A stretch of DNA of 64,000 nt, from positions 2,114 through 66,113 of the forward strand of contig CAZMXG010000008.1 of assembly GCA_964570175.1 (NCBI GenBank), in the 5' to 3' direction. The notes beneath the pieces were generated by a model, which worked only from the letters and a program-made list of their open reading frames with translations, was not told where the DNA came from and made no database searches. This DNA comes from an uncultured Heliomicrobium sp. GTDB lineage: Bacteria > Acidobacteriota > Blastocatellia > RBC074. Of the stretch, positions 8,087 through 19,746 are shown piece after piece; positions within the stretch are counted from its first letter, which is position 1, and each line of letters begins with the position of its first letter. The position numbers and the translations under genes are program-made.

Positions 8087-10750
8087 ATGAAATTCTGGTG
8101 GCAACGCAAAGACGAAGAACTCGACGCCGAAATCCAAAACCACCTGGACGAAGCCATCCGCGACCGCATCGCACGCGGCGAAACGCCTGAACAAGCACGT
8201 CTCAATGCGCGGCGCGAATTCGGCAATGTGGGTTTGGTCAAGGAAGTCACGCGTGAGATGTGGGGCTGGGCTTCACTGGAACGCTTGGGACACGACGTGC
8301 GATTTGGCTTGCGGATGCTGCGGAAGAATCCGGGCTTTTCGTTGATTGCGATTCTGACGCTGGCACTCGGCATTGGCGCGAACACTGCGATTTTCAGTGT
8401 CGTCAACGCTGTATTGCTCAATCCCTTTGACTACGCGGAAGCCAAGCGAATTATGTTGCTGTCGTCTTCGCGGTTGAGCGAACCGAAAAGTTCAGGCGCA
8501 ATTTCTTATCCTAACTTTCTGGACTGGCAGCAACAGCAAACGACGTTTTCACATCTGGCGGCGGCGTGGAATCGAACGTTCAACCTGACCGGCGTCAGCG
8601 AACCTGTGCAGGTCAAAAGCGCGATCATTTCGCCCGAAGCCTTTCCCTTGCTGGACGTAGCGCCGCAACTTGGGCGCGTCTTTACCGCACAGGATAACGA
8701 ACTCAACGCGGCGCGCACCGTCGTGTTGAGTCACGCTTTTTGGCAGCAGCAGTTCGCGGGTGAGGCCAATGTCATTGGGCGTCAGTTGTTGCTCGACGAT
8801 CAGGCTTACACGGTGATTGGCGTGATGCCGCCGCGCTTTAAGTTTTGGGCGGGCGAAGTCTGGGTTCCCTTCGGTTTGTTCGGCAAGGAAGACTTCGCCA
8901 TCCAGCGTGGAGGTATCGTTGGGATTTCTGCCATAGGCCGCTTGAAATCCGGCGTGACGCTGGAACAGGCGCGCGCTGAATTCGACGTCATCGCCGCGCG
9001 GCTCGCTGCACAATATCCCGAAACGAATCACGGCAGCGGCGTGCGAATCGCTCCATGGAGCGATTCGGTCGGGCAAAACATTCGCACAGTCTTGCTGATG
9101 TTGATGGGAGCCGTTGGCTTCGTGTTATTGATTGCCTGCGCCAACGTAGCCAACCTGTTGCTGGCGCGGACGGCGACGCGGAAAAAGGAATTGGCGATTC
9201 GCGCGGTGCTGGGCGCTGGGCGCGGACGGCTGATGCGCCAACTTTTGCTCGAAAGCCTGCCGTTGGCGGTGCTCGCCAGTTTGGCTGGATGGTTGCTGGC
9301 GAATTGGGGACTGAAATTGATTTTGGCTTTGTTGCCTGACGGTCTGCTTCCGGCTGAAGCCAATGTGCGCCTAGACGCGCCCGTATTGCTGTTTGCATTG
9401 AGCCTGGCATTGCTGACTACGTTGCTGTGCGGACTCTTGCCTGCGCTGCGTTTTTCGCAAACGCGCGTCAATGAAAGTCTCAGCGAAGGAGGCCGCCTTT
9501 CCACTTCGGATGCAGGCAGCCGACGAATGCGTAGCGCGTTGGTCGTCATCGAAGTTGCACTTTCCGTCGTGTTGTTGGTCGGCGCGGGCTTGCTCATCAA
9601 AAGCTTTTACCGCTTGCAGCACACCGAACTGGGATTCAAGCCAGAATCGCTGCTGACTGTGGACCTGCTGTTGTCGCACAAAAAGTATACGCAAGCACGA
9701 CAGATCGAAACGTTTTTCAACCGTACATTGGAGCAGCTCAAAGCGCTGCCGGGCGTCGAAGCGGCAGCGACGATGAATGGGGGGCCGTATTCGGGCTGGG
9801 GCACCGGGATGCCGCTCGTTCGTGAAGGGCATAGTTATCGCAACGGTGAAATGAGTGGCAAGGAGTGTCACTATCTGCTCACGCAGGGAGATTACCTCGC
9901 CGTATTGGGGTTGCCGCTGGTGAGCGGGCGCAACTTCACCGAGCAGGAAATGTTGAGTGCGTCGCCAGTCGTCGTTATCAATCAGGCGGCGGCGGATAAG
10001 TTTTTCCCTGGTGAAATCGCGCTGGGGCAACGCTTTCGCTTGGGGGCACCTGACAATTTGCTTCCGCCTGATGCGCCGCCTACGGAAAAAAACGCCTGGC
10101 TGACCATCATTGGCATCGTCAAAAACCATCGGCCCATTGATTTGGCAATGCCGTATCAACCGACAACTTTTCTGCCAATGGCGCAAGAGACACGCAATGC
10201 GCGCATGCTCAATGCCATGACGTTGATGCTGCGAACTTCGCAAGACCCGGCGACGTTGATCCGCGCCGTGCGCCAACGGCTGCGCGAACTCGACCCCGAT
10301 CAACCCATTCTGCGCATCGCCACAGTGGACGCGCGCATCGCCGAATCGCTCAAGCCGCAGCGATTCAACACAATACTGATGAGCCTGTTCGCTGTGTTGG
10401 CGTTAATGCTGGCTGTGATAGGGCTTTACGGTGTGCTGGCTTACACCGTCGTGCAGCGCACGCACGAAATCGGCATCCGCCTCGCGCTCGGTGCGCAATC
10501 CGGCCAAATCATTGCAATGGTGATGAAGCAAGGAATGTCGCTCACGCTGTTGGGCATGGCCCTCGGACTGTCGGGAGCGGTGGCCTTAACTCGCCTGCTC
10601 GAACGCTTGCTTTACGGGATAAGCACAACTGATACGCCGGCGTTCATCGCAATCGCACTGTTGCTGTTGGCCGTCGCGGTGCTGGCATGTTGGATTCCGG
10701 CACAACGAGCAGCGAAAGTTGACCCGATGATTGCTCTTCGCTGTGAATAA
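8087..10750 (+). CDS. ADOP-family ABC transporter permease (MacB-like periplasmic domains plus two FtsX domains)
   Basis: 887 aa. The N-terminal 'permease prefix' reads WQRKDEELDAEIQNHLDEAI. It has two FtsX-like 4-TM modules, and the C-terminal motif is AAKVDPMIALRCE. Pairing with PadR is typical of Acidobacteriota. Confidence 0.9.
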   Translation: MKFWWQRKDEELDAEIQNHLDEAIRDRIARGETPEQARLNARREFGNVGLVKEVTREMWGWASLERLGHDVRFGLRMLRKNPGFSLIAILTLALGIGANTAIFSVVNAVLLNPFDYAEAKRIMLLSSSRLSEPKSSGAISYPNFLDWQQQQTTFSHLAAAWNRTFNLTGVSEPVQVKSAIISPEAFPLLDVAPQLGRVFTAQDNELNAARTVVLSHAFWQQQFAGEANVIGRQLLLDDQAYTVIGVMPPRFKFWAGEVWVPFGLFGKEDFAIQRGGIVGISAIGRLKSGVTLEQARAEFDVIAARLAAQYPETNHGSGVRIAPWSDSVGQNIRTVLLMLMGAVGFVLLIACANVANLLLARTATRKKELAIRAVLGAGRGRLMRQLLLESLPLAVLASLAGWLLANWGLKLILALLPDGLLPAEANVRLDAPVLLFALSLALLTTLLCGLLPALRFSQTRVNESLSEGGRLSTSDAGSRRMRSALVVIEVALSVVLLVGAGLLIKSFYRLQHTELGFKPESLLTVDLLLSHKKYTQARQIETFFNRTLEQLKALPGVEAAATMNGGPYSGWGTGMPLVREGHSYRNGEMSGKECHYLLTQGDYLAVLGLPLVSGRNFTEQEMLSASPVVVINQAAADKFFPGEIALGQRFRLGAPDNLLPPDAPPTEKNAWLTIIGIVKNHRPIDLAMPYQPTTFLPMAQETRNARMLNAMTLMLRTSQDPATLIRAVRQRLRELDPDQPILRIATVDARIAESLKPQRFNTILMSLFAVLALMLAVIGLYGVLAYTVVQRTHEIGIRLALGAQSGQIIAMVMKQGMSLTLLGMALGLSGAVALTRLLERLLYGISTTDTPAFIAIALLLLAVAVLACWIPAQRAAKVDPMIALRCE

Positions 10751-10873
10751 ATGGTTTTTGTGGAAGACGATCCGGATATTTTTATCAGAATTGAACAATT
10801 GTTGCCTGAGCCTCGTAAACGGGGGAAGTCAATCCATCAAATTGAATCCGTCTTTCCCCTTTGAGGAGGCTTT

Positions 10874-11905
10874 ATGACAATTTGTCGCTCTTGTTCCAGC
10901 GAGATTCCCGCTCCGGATCGGTACTGCCGCAACTGTGGCGCGCCAGCCGCGCCTGCGGTCGCGGAGTTGGATGATACGCGCCGCTTCAATCCGTCTGCGC
11001 CGCTTCCCGCAAATGCGGCGGGAATGCCGGACACGACCAATCCGCTTTATGCGCCTTCGGCACCTGCTTACGCCGCGCCGCAAAATTCGATTCCTTACCA
11101 AACCGCATCGCTTGCCAAGAAATTGCTCCGGCGGAAATTCCTCTGGGCATTGGCCATGATCATTTTGGTGATTGCCATCTTTGGTGTAGGCGTTGGAGTC
11201 GGCAGCAATTTTTCTGACAGTCCGGCGGAACGTCGGCGATTTTCCGGTGAAAGAGCCGAGCCGGAAGAAAATGCCGAGGAACTTCGTGCGAAATTTGAAG
11301 AGGCAGTTCAAAACGCACTTGGGTTCAAACAGGGCAGCTATTCAGCGACAGAATTTCCGGAGCAGCAGGGAATTTTTATCAACAGTTTGATGAGCGATGA
11401 CAGTCCGGCAGCATTGGCCAAGATTCAGGCGGGCGATCTGTTGACAGAGCTTAACGATAAAGTAGTGCGAAATGACAGTGAATTGTCGAAGACGCTGGAA
11501 TCATTGAAAACCGGTGATGACGTTCCCCTGAAAATTTACAGGGATGGCGCAATCATCACTTCTCGCATCAAAATCGGTGACCGGCATTTCCCGCCGCTTC
11601 AACCAAAACTGGACCCGGACAATCAGGGCTTCCTCGGCATACTGGACTCCACGCGCCGCTGCTGCTTACCCGGCACGAAAAAATGGGGTGTTGAAGCGAC
11701 TGAACTACACGTCAACGGGCCGGCGGAGCTTTTCGGGTTGAAGACAGGCGATGTGATCTCCGAATTCGACGGACATGCCGTCAAAACGCCCAACGAATTC
11801 AACCGCCGCATTCGCGCCGTGAAACCCGGCAGCAAAGTGTCAATCACGTACTATCGCGGTAACACCCAGCAAAAAGTGGAAGTGATTATGGGTCATCGGT
11901 GGTAG
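10874..11905 (+). CDS. Zinc-ribbon / TM / double-PDZ domain protein
   Basis: N-terminus CRSCSSEIPAPDRYCRNCG, one TM segment (FLWALAMIILVIAIFGVGVGV), and two PDZ-like segments (IQAGDLLTELNDKVV... and LKTGDVISEFDGHAV...). GAGGAGG RBS. Confidence 0.7.
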   Translation: MTICRSCSSEIPAPDRYCRNCGAPAAPAVAELDDTRRFNPSAPLPANAAGMPDTTNPLYAPSAPAYAAPQNSIPYQTASLAKKLLRRKFLWALAMIILVIAIFGVGVGVGSNFSDSPAERRRFSGERAEPEENAEELRAKFEEAVQNALGFKQGSYSATEFPEQQGIFINSLMSDDSPAALAKIQAGDLLTELNDKVVRNDSELSKTLESLKTGDDVPLKIYRDGAIITSRIKIGDRHFPPLQPKLDPDNQGFLGILDSTRRCCLPGTKKWGVEATELHVNGPAELFGLKTGDVISEFDGHAVKTPNEFNRRIRAVKPGSKVSITYYRGNTQQKVEVIMGHRW

Positions 11906-11953
11906 CCGGCCCATCGCAGACGTTGAATCAGCCAGCAAAACGCTCAAGTCGCA

Positions 11954-12940
11954 TTACTCTTTGCCGCAACATTTCTTGTATTTCTTGCCGGAACCGCAGA
12001 TGCAGGGATCGTTACGGCCGACTTTTTCCTGGCGAATAATGTTTCCGGCTTCGGATTCCACATAGCCCTGGGGAACGGAAATTTCTTCCTTGGGATAGAG
12101 CCGTTCAAACGGCAGCGGGAAAGGCGCTGGCCCCATAAATGAACGGTGATAATCTTCTTCGCCAAATTCAATGGTATCCAGTGTTTCCCAGCGTTGTTGC
12201 CGAATGGCGATGGCTTCGGGCAGGTAAAAATCGAACAGATCATCCGCCAGGTCATCACGTAAATCGTAGCGCCGGTCGCTGACGTACCGGACCACGTCGT
12301 TGTATGGGCCATAAGCGGAATGCGTCAGGACGCGGCGGTGAAATGCTTTGCGGACGGCCTCTAGCCCCACTTTTCGATCCAGCGCAATTGGGCAAAGAAT
12401 GGCTTGAGATATGAAGATTCGATCCCTTTCTTCCTGATCCGTAAACAACTGACAGAGGAAATCTAACACCTTTGGGCGGACGCTTTCGTTGTCCATTGCA
12501 ATGACGGTCAAAGCTTTGGCCATTTGAGCGCGCGCCAGCGAATAATCCGGATTGTCGCGATGTCCGTCGTGAAGTTCGCGAATGATGCCCATCAACGGTT
12601 CAACCGCCGCTGCGCCGAATTGTGCCATCAACTCCGGCCAGCGTTCGATCACCCAGCGCTGCTCCGAAAAATAAGAATCCATCACCGTCGCCAGCATGGC
12701 AGGGATCAGCGCGGGATCATTCAATTGGCTGAGAATGATCAGCGCGTGAAGCTCAATCCAATATTCGCCGCGTTGCCCTTCGTACCAGTAATCCTGGTTT
12801 TCCAGAATTTCCAGCAACCGCGGTTTGGCTTCGTCGCCGCGCCGCACGATCTCCTGAATGTGTTCCAGCGTGACGCGGTCCTCTTCCTTAAACAGTAAAT
12901 CAATCAGTTCTGACGTCGCCATTTCGGCGTAATTGAACAT
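11954..12940 (-). CDS. DUF1186 / SEC-C motif protein
   Basis: The C-terminus [21 protein letters not shown] is a SEC-C metal-binding motif. The track start (12973) is TTG; the ATG at 12940 is preceded by GAAGGAAAG, so I prefer it. Confidence 0.7.
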   Translation of the reverse strand: MFNYAEMATSELIDLLFKEEDRVTLEHIQEIVRRGDEAKPRLLEILENQDYWYEGQRGEYWIELHALIILSQLNDPALIPAMLATVMDSYFSEQRWVIERWPELMAQFGAAAVEPLMGIIRELHDGHRDNPDYSLARAQMAKALTVIAMDNESVRPKVLDFLCQLFTDQEERDRIFISQAILCPIALDRKVGLEAVRKAFHRRVLTHSAYGPYNDVVRYVSDRRYDLRDDLADDLFDFYLPEAIAIRQQRWETLDTIEFGEEDYHRSFMGPAPFPLPFERLYPKEEISVPQGYVESEAGNIIRQEKVGRNDPCICGSGKKYKKCCGKE

Positions 12941-13071
12941 CTTTCTTTCCTTCTGTGGTTGAAATGATTGCAAGGGATAATCTCAAAGCGGTTGGGGATT
13001 GTCTAGACTTCGACCGGCTGCGGTTCGTGCTATATTGGCTCTAGGCTGAACTGAAAGCTGCGGAGGTTGTT

Positions 13072-14484
<1,413 letters not shown>

Positions 14485-14499
14485 AAATCAGACTTCGCT

Positions 14500-15705
14500 T
14501 TAACCGATAACTCTCAGCACAATACATTTCAAATAATACGTTTCCGGTACAGTCAGCAAAATCGGATGGTCGCGGCCCTGCGTTCGCTTTTCGACGATTT
14601 GAACCTGGCGACCGGAATCGCGGGCGGCTTCCAGCAGCATTTCCAGGAACAGTTCTTCGCCGACGTGGTAAGAGCATGAACAGGTAATCAAAACTCCGCC
14701 CGGATTTAGAATTCGCAGTGCGCGCAGATTGATTTCCTTGTACCCGCGAATCGCTCCTTCCAATGCGCCTCGGTTTTTGGCGAAAGCGGGTGGGTCCAGC
14801 ACAATCGTGTCGAAGCGTTCACCAGCGTCGTCGTAATCGCGCAGACGGTCAAACACGTTTGCGGCGATGAATTCGATGTTGGTAACGCCGTTCAGTTCTG
14901 CGTTGCGGCTGGCGCGTTCGATGGCAGGTTCGGAAATATCAATCGCCGTTACCGTGTCGCAATCACTGGCCAGATGCAGCGCGAACGAACCGTGGAAGCT
15001 GAAACAATCCAGCCCGCGTCCGGTGGCGTAATTCATTGCTGCGGCTCGGTTTTCCCGCTGATCCAAAAACGCTCCAGTCTTTTGGCCTTCCAGCAAATCC
15101 ACCTGGAACTTGATTCCATTTTCGGTGATTGGGAATTCGGCGGCGGTCGAACCATCTTTTGAATACAGCACCGAATTGATCATCGGCAATCCTTCAAGCT
15201 GGCGGACTTTTGCGTCATTGCGTTCGACGATCAAACGCGGCTGGAACTCTTCGATTAGCAGCTCAGTCCACATCGGTTTCAGCGCATCCATTCCACGCGT
15301 CAGCGTTTGCAACACAAAACAATCGCCATAACGATCAATGATCAAACCGGGCAGGTAATCGCCTTCGGAATGGATTAATCGGAAAGCATCCGTGTCAGTC
15401 ACGATTCGCCGCCGCCAATCGGCAGCCGCAAGCAGTCGCTCGCGCCAGAATTCGCGATTGATTTCTGTTTCTTCTTTAGAAATCAGCCGCAGCGTAATTT
15501 CAGATTCGGCTCCGAAATGCGCCTGAGCAAGAAAGCGACCTCGGTTGTCCGCAACGCGAACGACCGAACCGGTTTCGGCTTTCGGGCGACCCGTCACGTC
15601 GCTGCGGTAAATCCACAAATGCCCATCGCGCACACGGGCTGCGCCTTTGGGAGAAATCACTGCTGTGTCTTTTGGATGTTGTTGCGTTTGTTGAATGCGT
15701 TTCAT
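14500..15705 (-). CDS. rlmI: Class I SAM-dependent 23S rRNA (cytosine-C5) methyltransferase, RlmI-like (PUA plus MTase)
   Basis: Contains GHLWIYRSDV (PUA), GQKTGAFLDQREN, LDCFSFHGSFALH, and IVLDPPAFAK. The track start is TTG (15738); the first ATG is at 15705. Confidence 0.75.
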   Translation of the reverse strand: MKRIQQTQQHPKDTAVISPKGAARVRDGHLWIYRSDVTGRPKAETGSVVRVADNRGRFLAQAHFGAESEITLRLISKEETEINREFWRERLLAAADWRRRIVTDTDAFRLIHSEGDYLPGLIIDRYGDCFVLQTLTRGMDALKPMWTELLIEEFQPRLIVERNDAKVRQLEGLPMINSVLYSKDGSTAAEFPITENGIKFQVDLLEGQKTGAFLDQRENRAAAMNYATGRGLDCFSFHGSFALHLASDCDTVTAIDISEPAIERASRNAELNGVTNIEFIAANVFDRLRDYDDAGERFDTIVLDPPAFAKNRGALEGAIRGYKEINLRALRILNPGGVLITCSCSYHVGEELFLEMLLEAARDSGRQVQIVEKRTQGRDHPILLTVPETYYLKCIVLRVIG

Positions 15706-15771
15706 AATTAAGCCGGAGGCGGATAGGTCATCCGCCAAGTTCGATAGTTCACCATTTCAGGCATTCGGTCA

Positions 15772-16281
15772 ATGAGTCAAATTGCTTATCTAGGCTTGGG
15801 ATCAAATCTTGGCGACCGCGCAGGCAACTTGCGGCAGGCAATTTCGGCGTTGGTCAGCGGAGGGTTACAAATTGTTGCCGAATCATCCGTTTACGAAACC
15901 GATCCGGTGGATTTTCTGGATCAGCCAAAGTTTCTGAATCAGGTCATTGCTGTCACTGCACCGAACTTGGAGCCATATTCTTTAATGAAGTTCTGCTTCG
16001 AAGTTGAATCGCAGCTTGGCCGCGAACGAATCATTCCGCGTGGAGCCAGAACCCTAGACATTGATTTGCTGTTGTTCGGCGATTTCATCCTGGATGGCGA
16101 ATATCAGGGGATCAATCTAATCGTTCCGCATCCGCGAATGCATTTGCGGCGGTTCGTGCTGCAGCCGCTGGCCGAAATCGCGCCGCAACTTGTTCATCTA
16201 ACTTCTGGAAAAACGATTAGCCAATTGCTGGATTCCGTTCCCCATGATTCTGCTGTGCGGCTTTACACCCACCAAGCCTAA
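15772..16281 (+). CDS. folK: 2-amino-4-hydroxy-6-hydroxymethyldihydropteridine diphosphokinase
   Basis: 169 aa. Contains AYLGLGSNLGDR, SSVYETDPV, RTLDIDLLLFG, VPHPRMHLRRFVL. Confidence 0.85.
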   Translation: MSQIAYLGLGSNLGDRAGNLRQAISALVSGGLQIVAESSVYETDPVDFLDQPKFLNQVIAVTAPNLEPYSLMKFCFEVESQLGRERIIPRGARTLDIDLLLFGDFILDGEYQGINLIVPHPRMHLRRFVLQPLAEIAPQLVHLTSGKTISQLLDSVPHDSAVRLYTHQA

Positions 16282-16287
16282 ACTGTC

Positions 16288-16305
16288 CCTGACAAACTTG
16301 TCAGG
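16288..16305. promoter_or_regulatory. Palindrome CCTGACAAACTTGTCAGG upstream of the Rrf2 gene (candidate operator, or alternatively the folK terminator)
   Basis: A perfect 8+8 inverted repeat, 58 bp upstream of the Rrf2 GTG. A related site, CCTGACTATTTTGTCAAC, lies just upstream of sufB. Confidence 0.4.
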
Positions 16306-16362
16306 TTTAAGTTCGCGTGCTAGTATCCGGCTTCATTAAGAACAAAACAAAGCGGTTACAAC

Positions 16363-16875
16363 GTGAAAATCACATCTCAAGAAGAATATGGCCTTCGCTG
16401 CATTTTGCAGTTGGCGCGTGAACAGCAAAGCAATTCGGACTCGAATTTAGAGCCGGGCGCAATGTTCGTCCGCGACATTGCCGACCGTGAAGGCCTGTCG
16501 GTGGCGTACGTTGAGAAAATTTTGTGGACACTAAGTCGCAGCGGAATTGTCGAAAGCGTTCGCGGGCCAAAAGGCGGTTATCGGTTGACGCGGCCAAGTT
16601 CGGAAATCTCGCTTGGCGAAGTGATGCGCGTTCTGGGCGGCATTCCATCAGAACAGGAAATCTGTTCGCAGTTCACAGGCAATCAAGACACTTGCGTGCA
16701 TCACGACGATTGCGGGCTTCGACCTGTCTGGACCAGCATTACAGATTTCGTCAACAGCGTTTTCGATAAAGTTCCGGTTTCGGCTTTGCTGACCGGAGCG
16801 ATTGATGTGAAGTTCGTGCAGATTACCAGCAAGAACGGCAGCAGATTACCCGCCGTCGCACGCGCAGCGAACTAG
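16363..16875 (+). CDS. Rrf2 family transcriptional regulator (IscR/SufR-like, probable Fe-S sensing)
   Basis: GTG start. MKITSQEEYGLRCILQLA... is an Rrf2 wHTH. A Cys cluster, CSQFTGNQDTCVHHDDC, is present. It sits directly upstream of sufB. Confidence 0.85.
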   Translation: MKITSQEEYGLRCILQLAREQQSNSDSNLEPGAMFVRDIADREGLSVAYVEKILWTLSRSGIVESVRGPKGGYRLTRPSSEISLGEVMRVLGGIPSEQEICSQFTGNQDTCVHHDDCGLRPVWTSITDFVNSVFDKVPVSALLTGAIDVKFVQITSKNGSRLPAVARAAN

Positions 16876-16900
16876 AAACCGCAAAAAAATTGCACTCGTA

Positions 16901-16918
16901 CCTGACTATTTTGTCAAC
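16901..16918. promoter_or_regulatory. Second copy of the CCTGAC-N-TTGTCA inverted repeat, in front of sufB
   Basis: CCTGACTATTTTGTCAAC lies 18 bp upstream of the sufB ATG and shares both half-sites with 16288-16305. Confidence 0.4.
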
Positions 16919-16935
16919 TTAGGGGAAAGATAAAG

Positions 16936-18375
16936 ATGAGCACAGCGGCTGTAGAGGCACTTGCCAATCGAGAATACAAATACGGTTTTGTCACGGACAT
17001 TGAAGCCGAAACGATTCCGCGCGGGTTGAACGAAGACATCGTTTGCACCATTTCCGCCAAAAAGAATGAGCCGGAATGGTTGCTGGAATGGCGGCTGAAG
17101 GCTTATCGCCACTGGTTGACGATGACAGAGCCGGAATGGGCCAACGTCAATTATCCGAAGATTGATTACCAGGACATCATTTATTACTCCGCGCCTAAGC
17201 CGAAAAAGAAGCTGGAAAGTCTGGATGAAGTTGATCCTGAACTGATAGACACGTTTGAAAAGCTGGGCATACCGCTTCACGAGCAGAAGCTGCTGGCCAA
17301 CGTAGCCGTAGACGCAATCTTCGACAGCGTCTCAGTCGCCACCACTTTTCGAGAAAAGCTGGCGAAGGAGGGAGTCATCTTCTGCTCGTTTTCTGAAGCG
17401 GTTCACGATCACCCTGAACTGATCAAAAAGTATCTGGGTTCGGTTGTGCCTTATACCGACAACTATTTTGCGGCGTTGAATTCCGCAGTCTTTTCTGATG
17501 GTTCGTTCTGTTTCATTCCCAAAGGCGTCCGTTGCCCAATGGAATTGTCGTCTTATTTCCGCATCAACAACTCGGAATCCGGACAGTTTGAACGCACATT
17601 GATTGTCGCCGAAGAGCGCAGCCACGTTTCTTATCTGGAAGGTTGCACCGCGCCGAAATTCGACAAGAATCAGTTGCATGCCGCTGTTGTCGAACTGGTT
17701 GCGCTGGATGATGCTGAAATCAAGTATTCAACGGTTCAGAACTGGTACGCGGGCGATGAAGAAGGGAAGGGCGGCATTTACAACTTTGTTACCAAGCGCG
17801 GCGCGTGTCGCGGCGTCAATTCCAAGATTTCCTGGACGCAGGTTGAAACCGGTTCGGCCATCACCTGGAAATATCCAAGCTGCATTTTGCAGGGCGATAA
17901 CTCCATCGGCGAGTTTTACTCCGTCGCGCTGACCAATCACATGCAGCAAGCCGATACCGGCACGAAGATGATTCACATTGGCAAAAATACGCGCAGCCGG
18001 ATTGTCAGCAAAGGCATTTCCGCCGGACGCTCGAACAACAGCTATCGCGGGTTAGTAAAGATTCTGCCGAAGGCCGAAAACGCCCGGAACTATTCGCAAT
18101 GTGACAGCTTGCTGATCGGCACGAAGTGCGGCGCAAATACGTTTCCGTACATCGAAGTCGGCAACTATACCGCCAAGATTGAGCACGAAGCTTCGACTTC
18201 CAAGATCAGTGAAGAGCAGATTTTCTATTTCAACCAACGCGGTGTTTCAACCGAAGACGCCGTTTCGATGATCATCAACGGATTTTGCAAAGAAGTTTTC
18301 CGTGAACTGCCGATGGAGTTTGCCGTCGAAGCGACGCGCTTGCTGGGGCTGAAGCTGGAAGGAAGCGTAGGATAA
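16936..18375 (+). CDS. sufB: Fe-S cluster assembly protein SufB
   Basis: 479 aa. The N-terminus ...[13 protein letters not shown] is canonical. Also seen: GCTAP, the [16 protein letters not shown] motif, and the C-terminus [18 protein letters not shown]. Confidence 0.95.
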   Translation: MSTAAVEALANREYKYGFVTDIEAETIPRGLNEDIVCTISAKKNEPEWLLEWRLKAYRHWLTMTEPEWANVNYPKIDYQDIIYYSAPKPKKKLESLDEVDPELIDTFEKLGIPLHEQKLLANVAVDAIFDSVSVATTFREKLAKEGVIFCSFSEAVHDHPELIKKYLGSVVPYTDNYFAALNSAVFSDGSFCFIPKGVRCPMELSSYFRINNSESGQFERTLIVAEERSHVSYLEGCTAPKFDKNQLHAAVVELVALDDAEIKYSTVQNWYAGDEEGKGGIYNFVTKRGACRGVNSKISWTQVETGSAITWKYPSCILQGDNSIGEFYSVALTNHMQQADTGTKMIHIGKNTRSRIVSKGISAGRSNNSYRGLVKILPKAENARNYSQCDSLLIGTKCGANTFPYIEVGNYTAKIEHEASTSKISEEQIFYFNQRGVSTEDAVSMIINGFCKEVFRELPMEFAVEATRLLGLKLEGSVG

Positions 18376-18380
18376 CGGTT

Positions 18381-18689
18381 ATGACGCTCGAACAGGTCAA
18401 AGAACTATTTCAAACCGAGGCATTACAAGAACTCTGCCGACAAAATGGTGTGGAACGATTAAGTGTATTCGGCTCAACCGCTCGCAATGAAGCCACAGAA
18501 CAAAGCGACCTGGATTTGCTGGTTAGCTTTTCAAGTTCAAAGAAGTTTGGGTTGTGGGAGTTCATGGCTTTTGAAGACAAACTTGCCGAAGCAGTCCACA
18601 CCAAAGTGGATTTGGTAATGGAAAATGCGCTGAATGAACATCGCCGCGAAAGCATTTTACGTGATAAGCAGGTGATTTATGGTTCGTGA
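18381..18689 (+). CDS. mntA: Nucleotidyltransferase-domain antitoxin (MNT/MntA type)
   Basis: 102 aa. Contains LSVFGSTARNEATEQSDLDLLVSF (GSxxR...DxD NTase motif). It overlaps the downstream HepT gene by 11 nt. Confidence 0.8.
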   Translation: MTLEQVKELFQTEALQELCRQNGVERLSVFGSTARNEATEQSDLDLLVSFSSSKKFGLWEFMAFEDKLAEAVHTKVDLVMENALNEHRRESILRDKQVIYGS

Positions 18690-19020
18690 GATTGCGTATC
18701 TCAAAGACATACTTGATTGCATCGAAAAGCTGGAAAGCTACCTGAATGGTGTAGACAAACCCGGATTCCTGGCAAATAGCCTCTTGCAAGACGGAGTAAT
18801 TCGCAACCTGGAAGTTATTGGCGAGGCGGCTAAGTGCCTTCCTGAATCGCTCAAGCAAAAACAACCGCAAATACCATGGAAACAGGTCACGGGAACCCGC
18901 GACCGCTTGATACATCAATACTCCAAAATTGATTTGGAAATTGTTTGGCGAACAGTTACGCAAGACTTAATGCCGCTGAAAACAGCAATAACAGAACTAC
19001 TCAAGGAATGGGATACATAA
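18679..19020 (+). CDS. hepT: DUF86/HepT HEPN-domain toxin
   Basis: 113 aa. Contains the HEPN Rx4-6H motif in GTRDRLIHQYSKIDLEIVW. It is paired with an upstream MNT gene. Confidence 0.8.
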   Translation: MVREIAYLKDILDCIEKLESYLNGVDKPGFLANSLLQDGVIRNLEVIGEAAKCLPESLKQKQPQIPWKQVTGTRDRLIHQYSKIDLEIVWRTVTQDLMPLKTAITELLKEWDT

Positions 19021-19024
19021 ATCT

Positions 19025-19468
19025 ATGACAGACAAACTCGCAGAAATTGAAGCTTCATTGCCGCCGGTTCCAAATGCGGCGGGAACTTATGTTCATGCCG
19101 TGCGCACGGGCAATCTTCTTTACTTGGCAGGCAAAGGCCCCATCTCTGCCGTTAAGGGAAAAGTCGGAGCTGAGTTCACCAAAGAAGAAGGTTACCAATA
19201 CGCGCGTGAAACAGGGTTGACGTTGCTGGCTGTGCTGAAAGCTGAACTCGGCACGCTGGCCAAAGTGAAGCGCGTTGTAAAAGTGCTGGGAATGGTCAAC
19301 GCCACGCCGGAGTTTGGCGATCAGCCGTTTGTTATCAATGGTTGTTCGGATTTGTTCGTTGAAGTTTTTGGCGATGCCGGACGTCACGCACGGTCAGCGG
19401 TTGGAATGGGATCGTTGCCGCACGGCATTCCGGTCGAAATCGAAGCGATCGTTGAAGTCGCAGACTAG
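19025..19468 (+). CDS. RidA/YjgF family enamine/imine deaminase
   Basis: 147 aa. Contains NLLYLAGKGP...ARSAVGMGSLPHGIPVEIEAIVEV, a typical RidA C-terminus. Confidence 0.8.
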   Translation: MTDKLAEIEASLPPVPNAAGTYVHAVRTGNLLYLAGKGPISAVKGKVGAEFTKEEGYQYARETGLTLLAVLKAELGTLAKVKRVVKVLGMVNATPEFGDQPFVINGCSDLFVEVFGDAGRHARSAVGMGSLPHGIPVEIEAIVEVAD

Positions 19469-19487
19469 CAAAACAGGAGTCAGTTTT

Positions 19488-19730
19488 ATGAGATTTGAAT
19501 TTGTGTCTGAAGAAAATGGCCTGGAAGTTTTACGTGACAAGGTTACTGATGAGGTTTTGGCAAGGGTTACTGTCATCACTCAGAATGGAGTTACTTTGAC
19601 AAGAGAAGATGACCAAGTTAGCTCAAAAACATTTCCTGTAACCAATACGTCACAAATACTTGGTGGTACACATTTAACAAGTCTTCTGGACTTTTTAGGC
19701 AAATCGTCTAAAGACCCAATAATCCCCTAA
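19488..19730 (+). CDS. Hypothetical small protein (80 aa)
   Basis: The ATG at 19488 is preceded by AGGAG. The stretch is A+T-richer than its neighbours by eye. I recognise no family. The track shows only a longer alternative (19314) that overlaps RidA. Confidence 0.4.
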   Translation: MRFEFVSEENGLEVLRDKVTDEVLARVTVITQNGVTLTREDDQVSSKTFPVTNTSQILGGTHLTSLLDFLGKSSKDPIIP

Positions 19731-19746
19731 GACGAAGGTAGAACTG

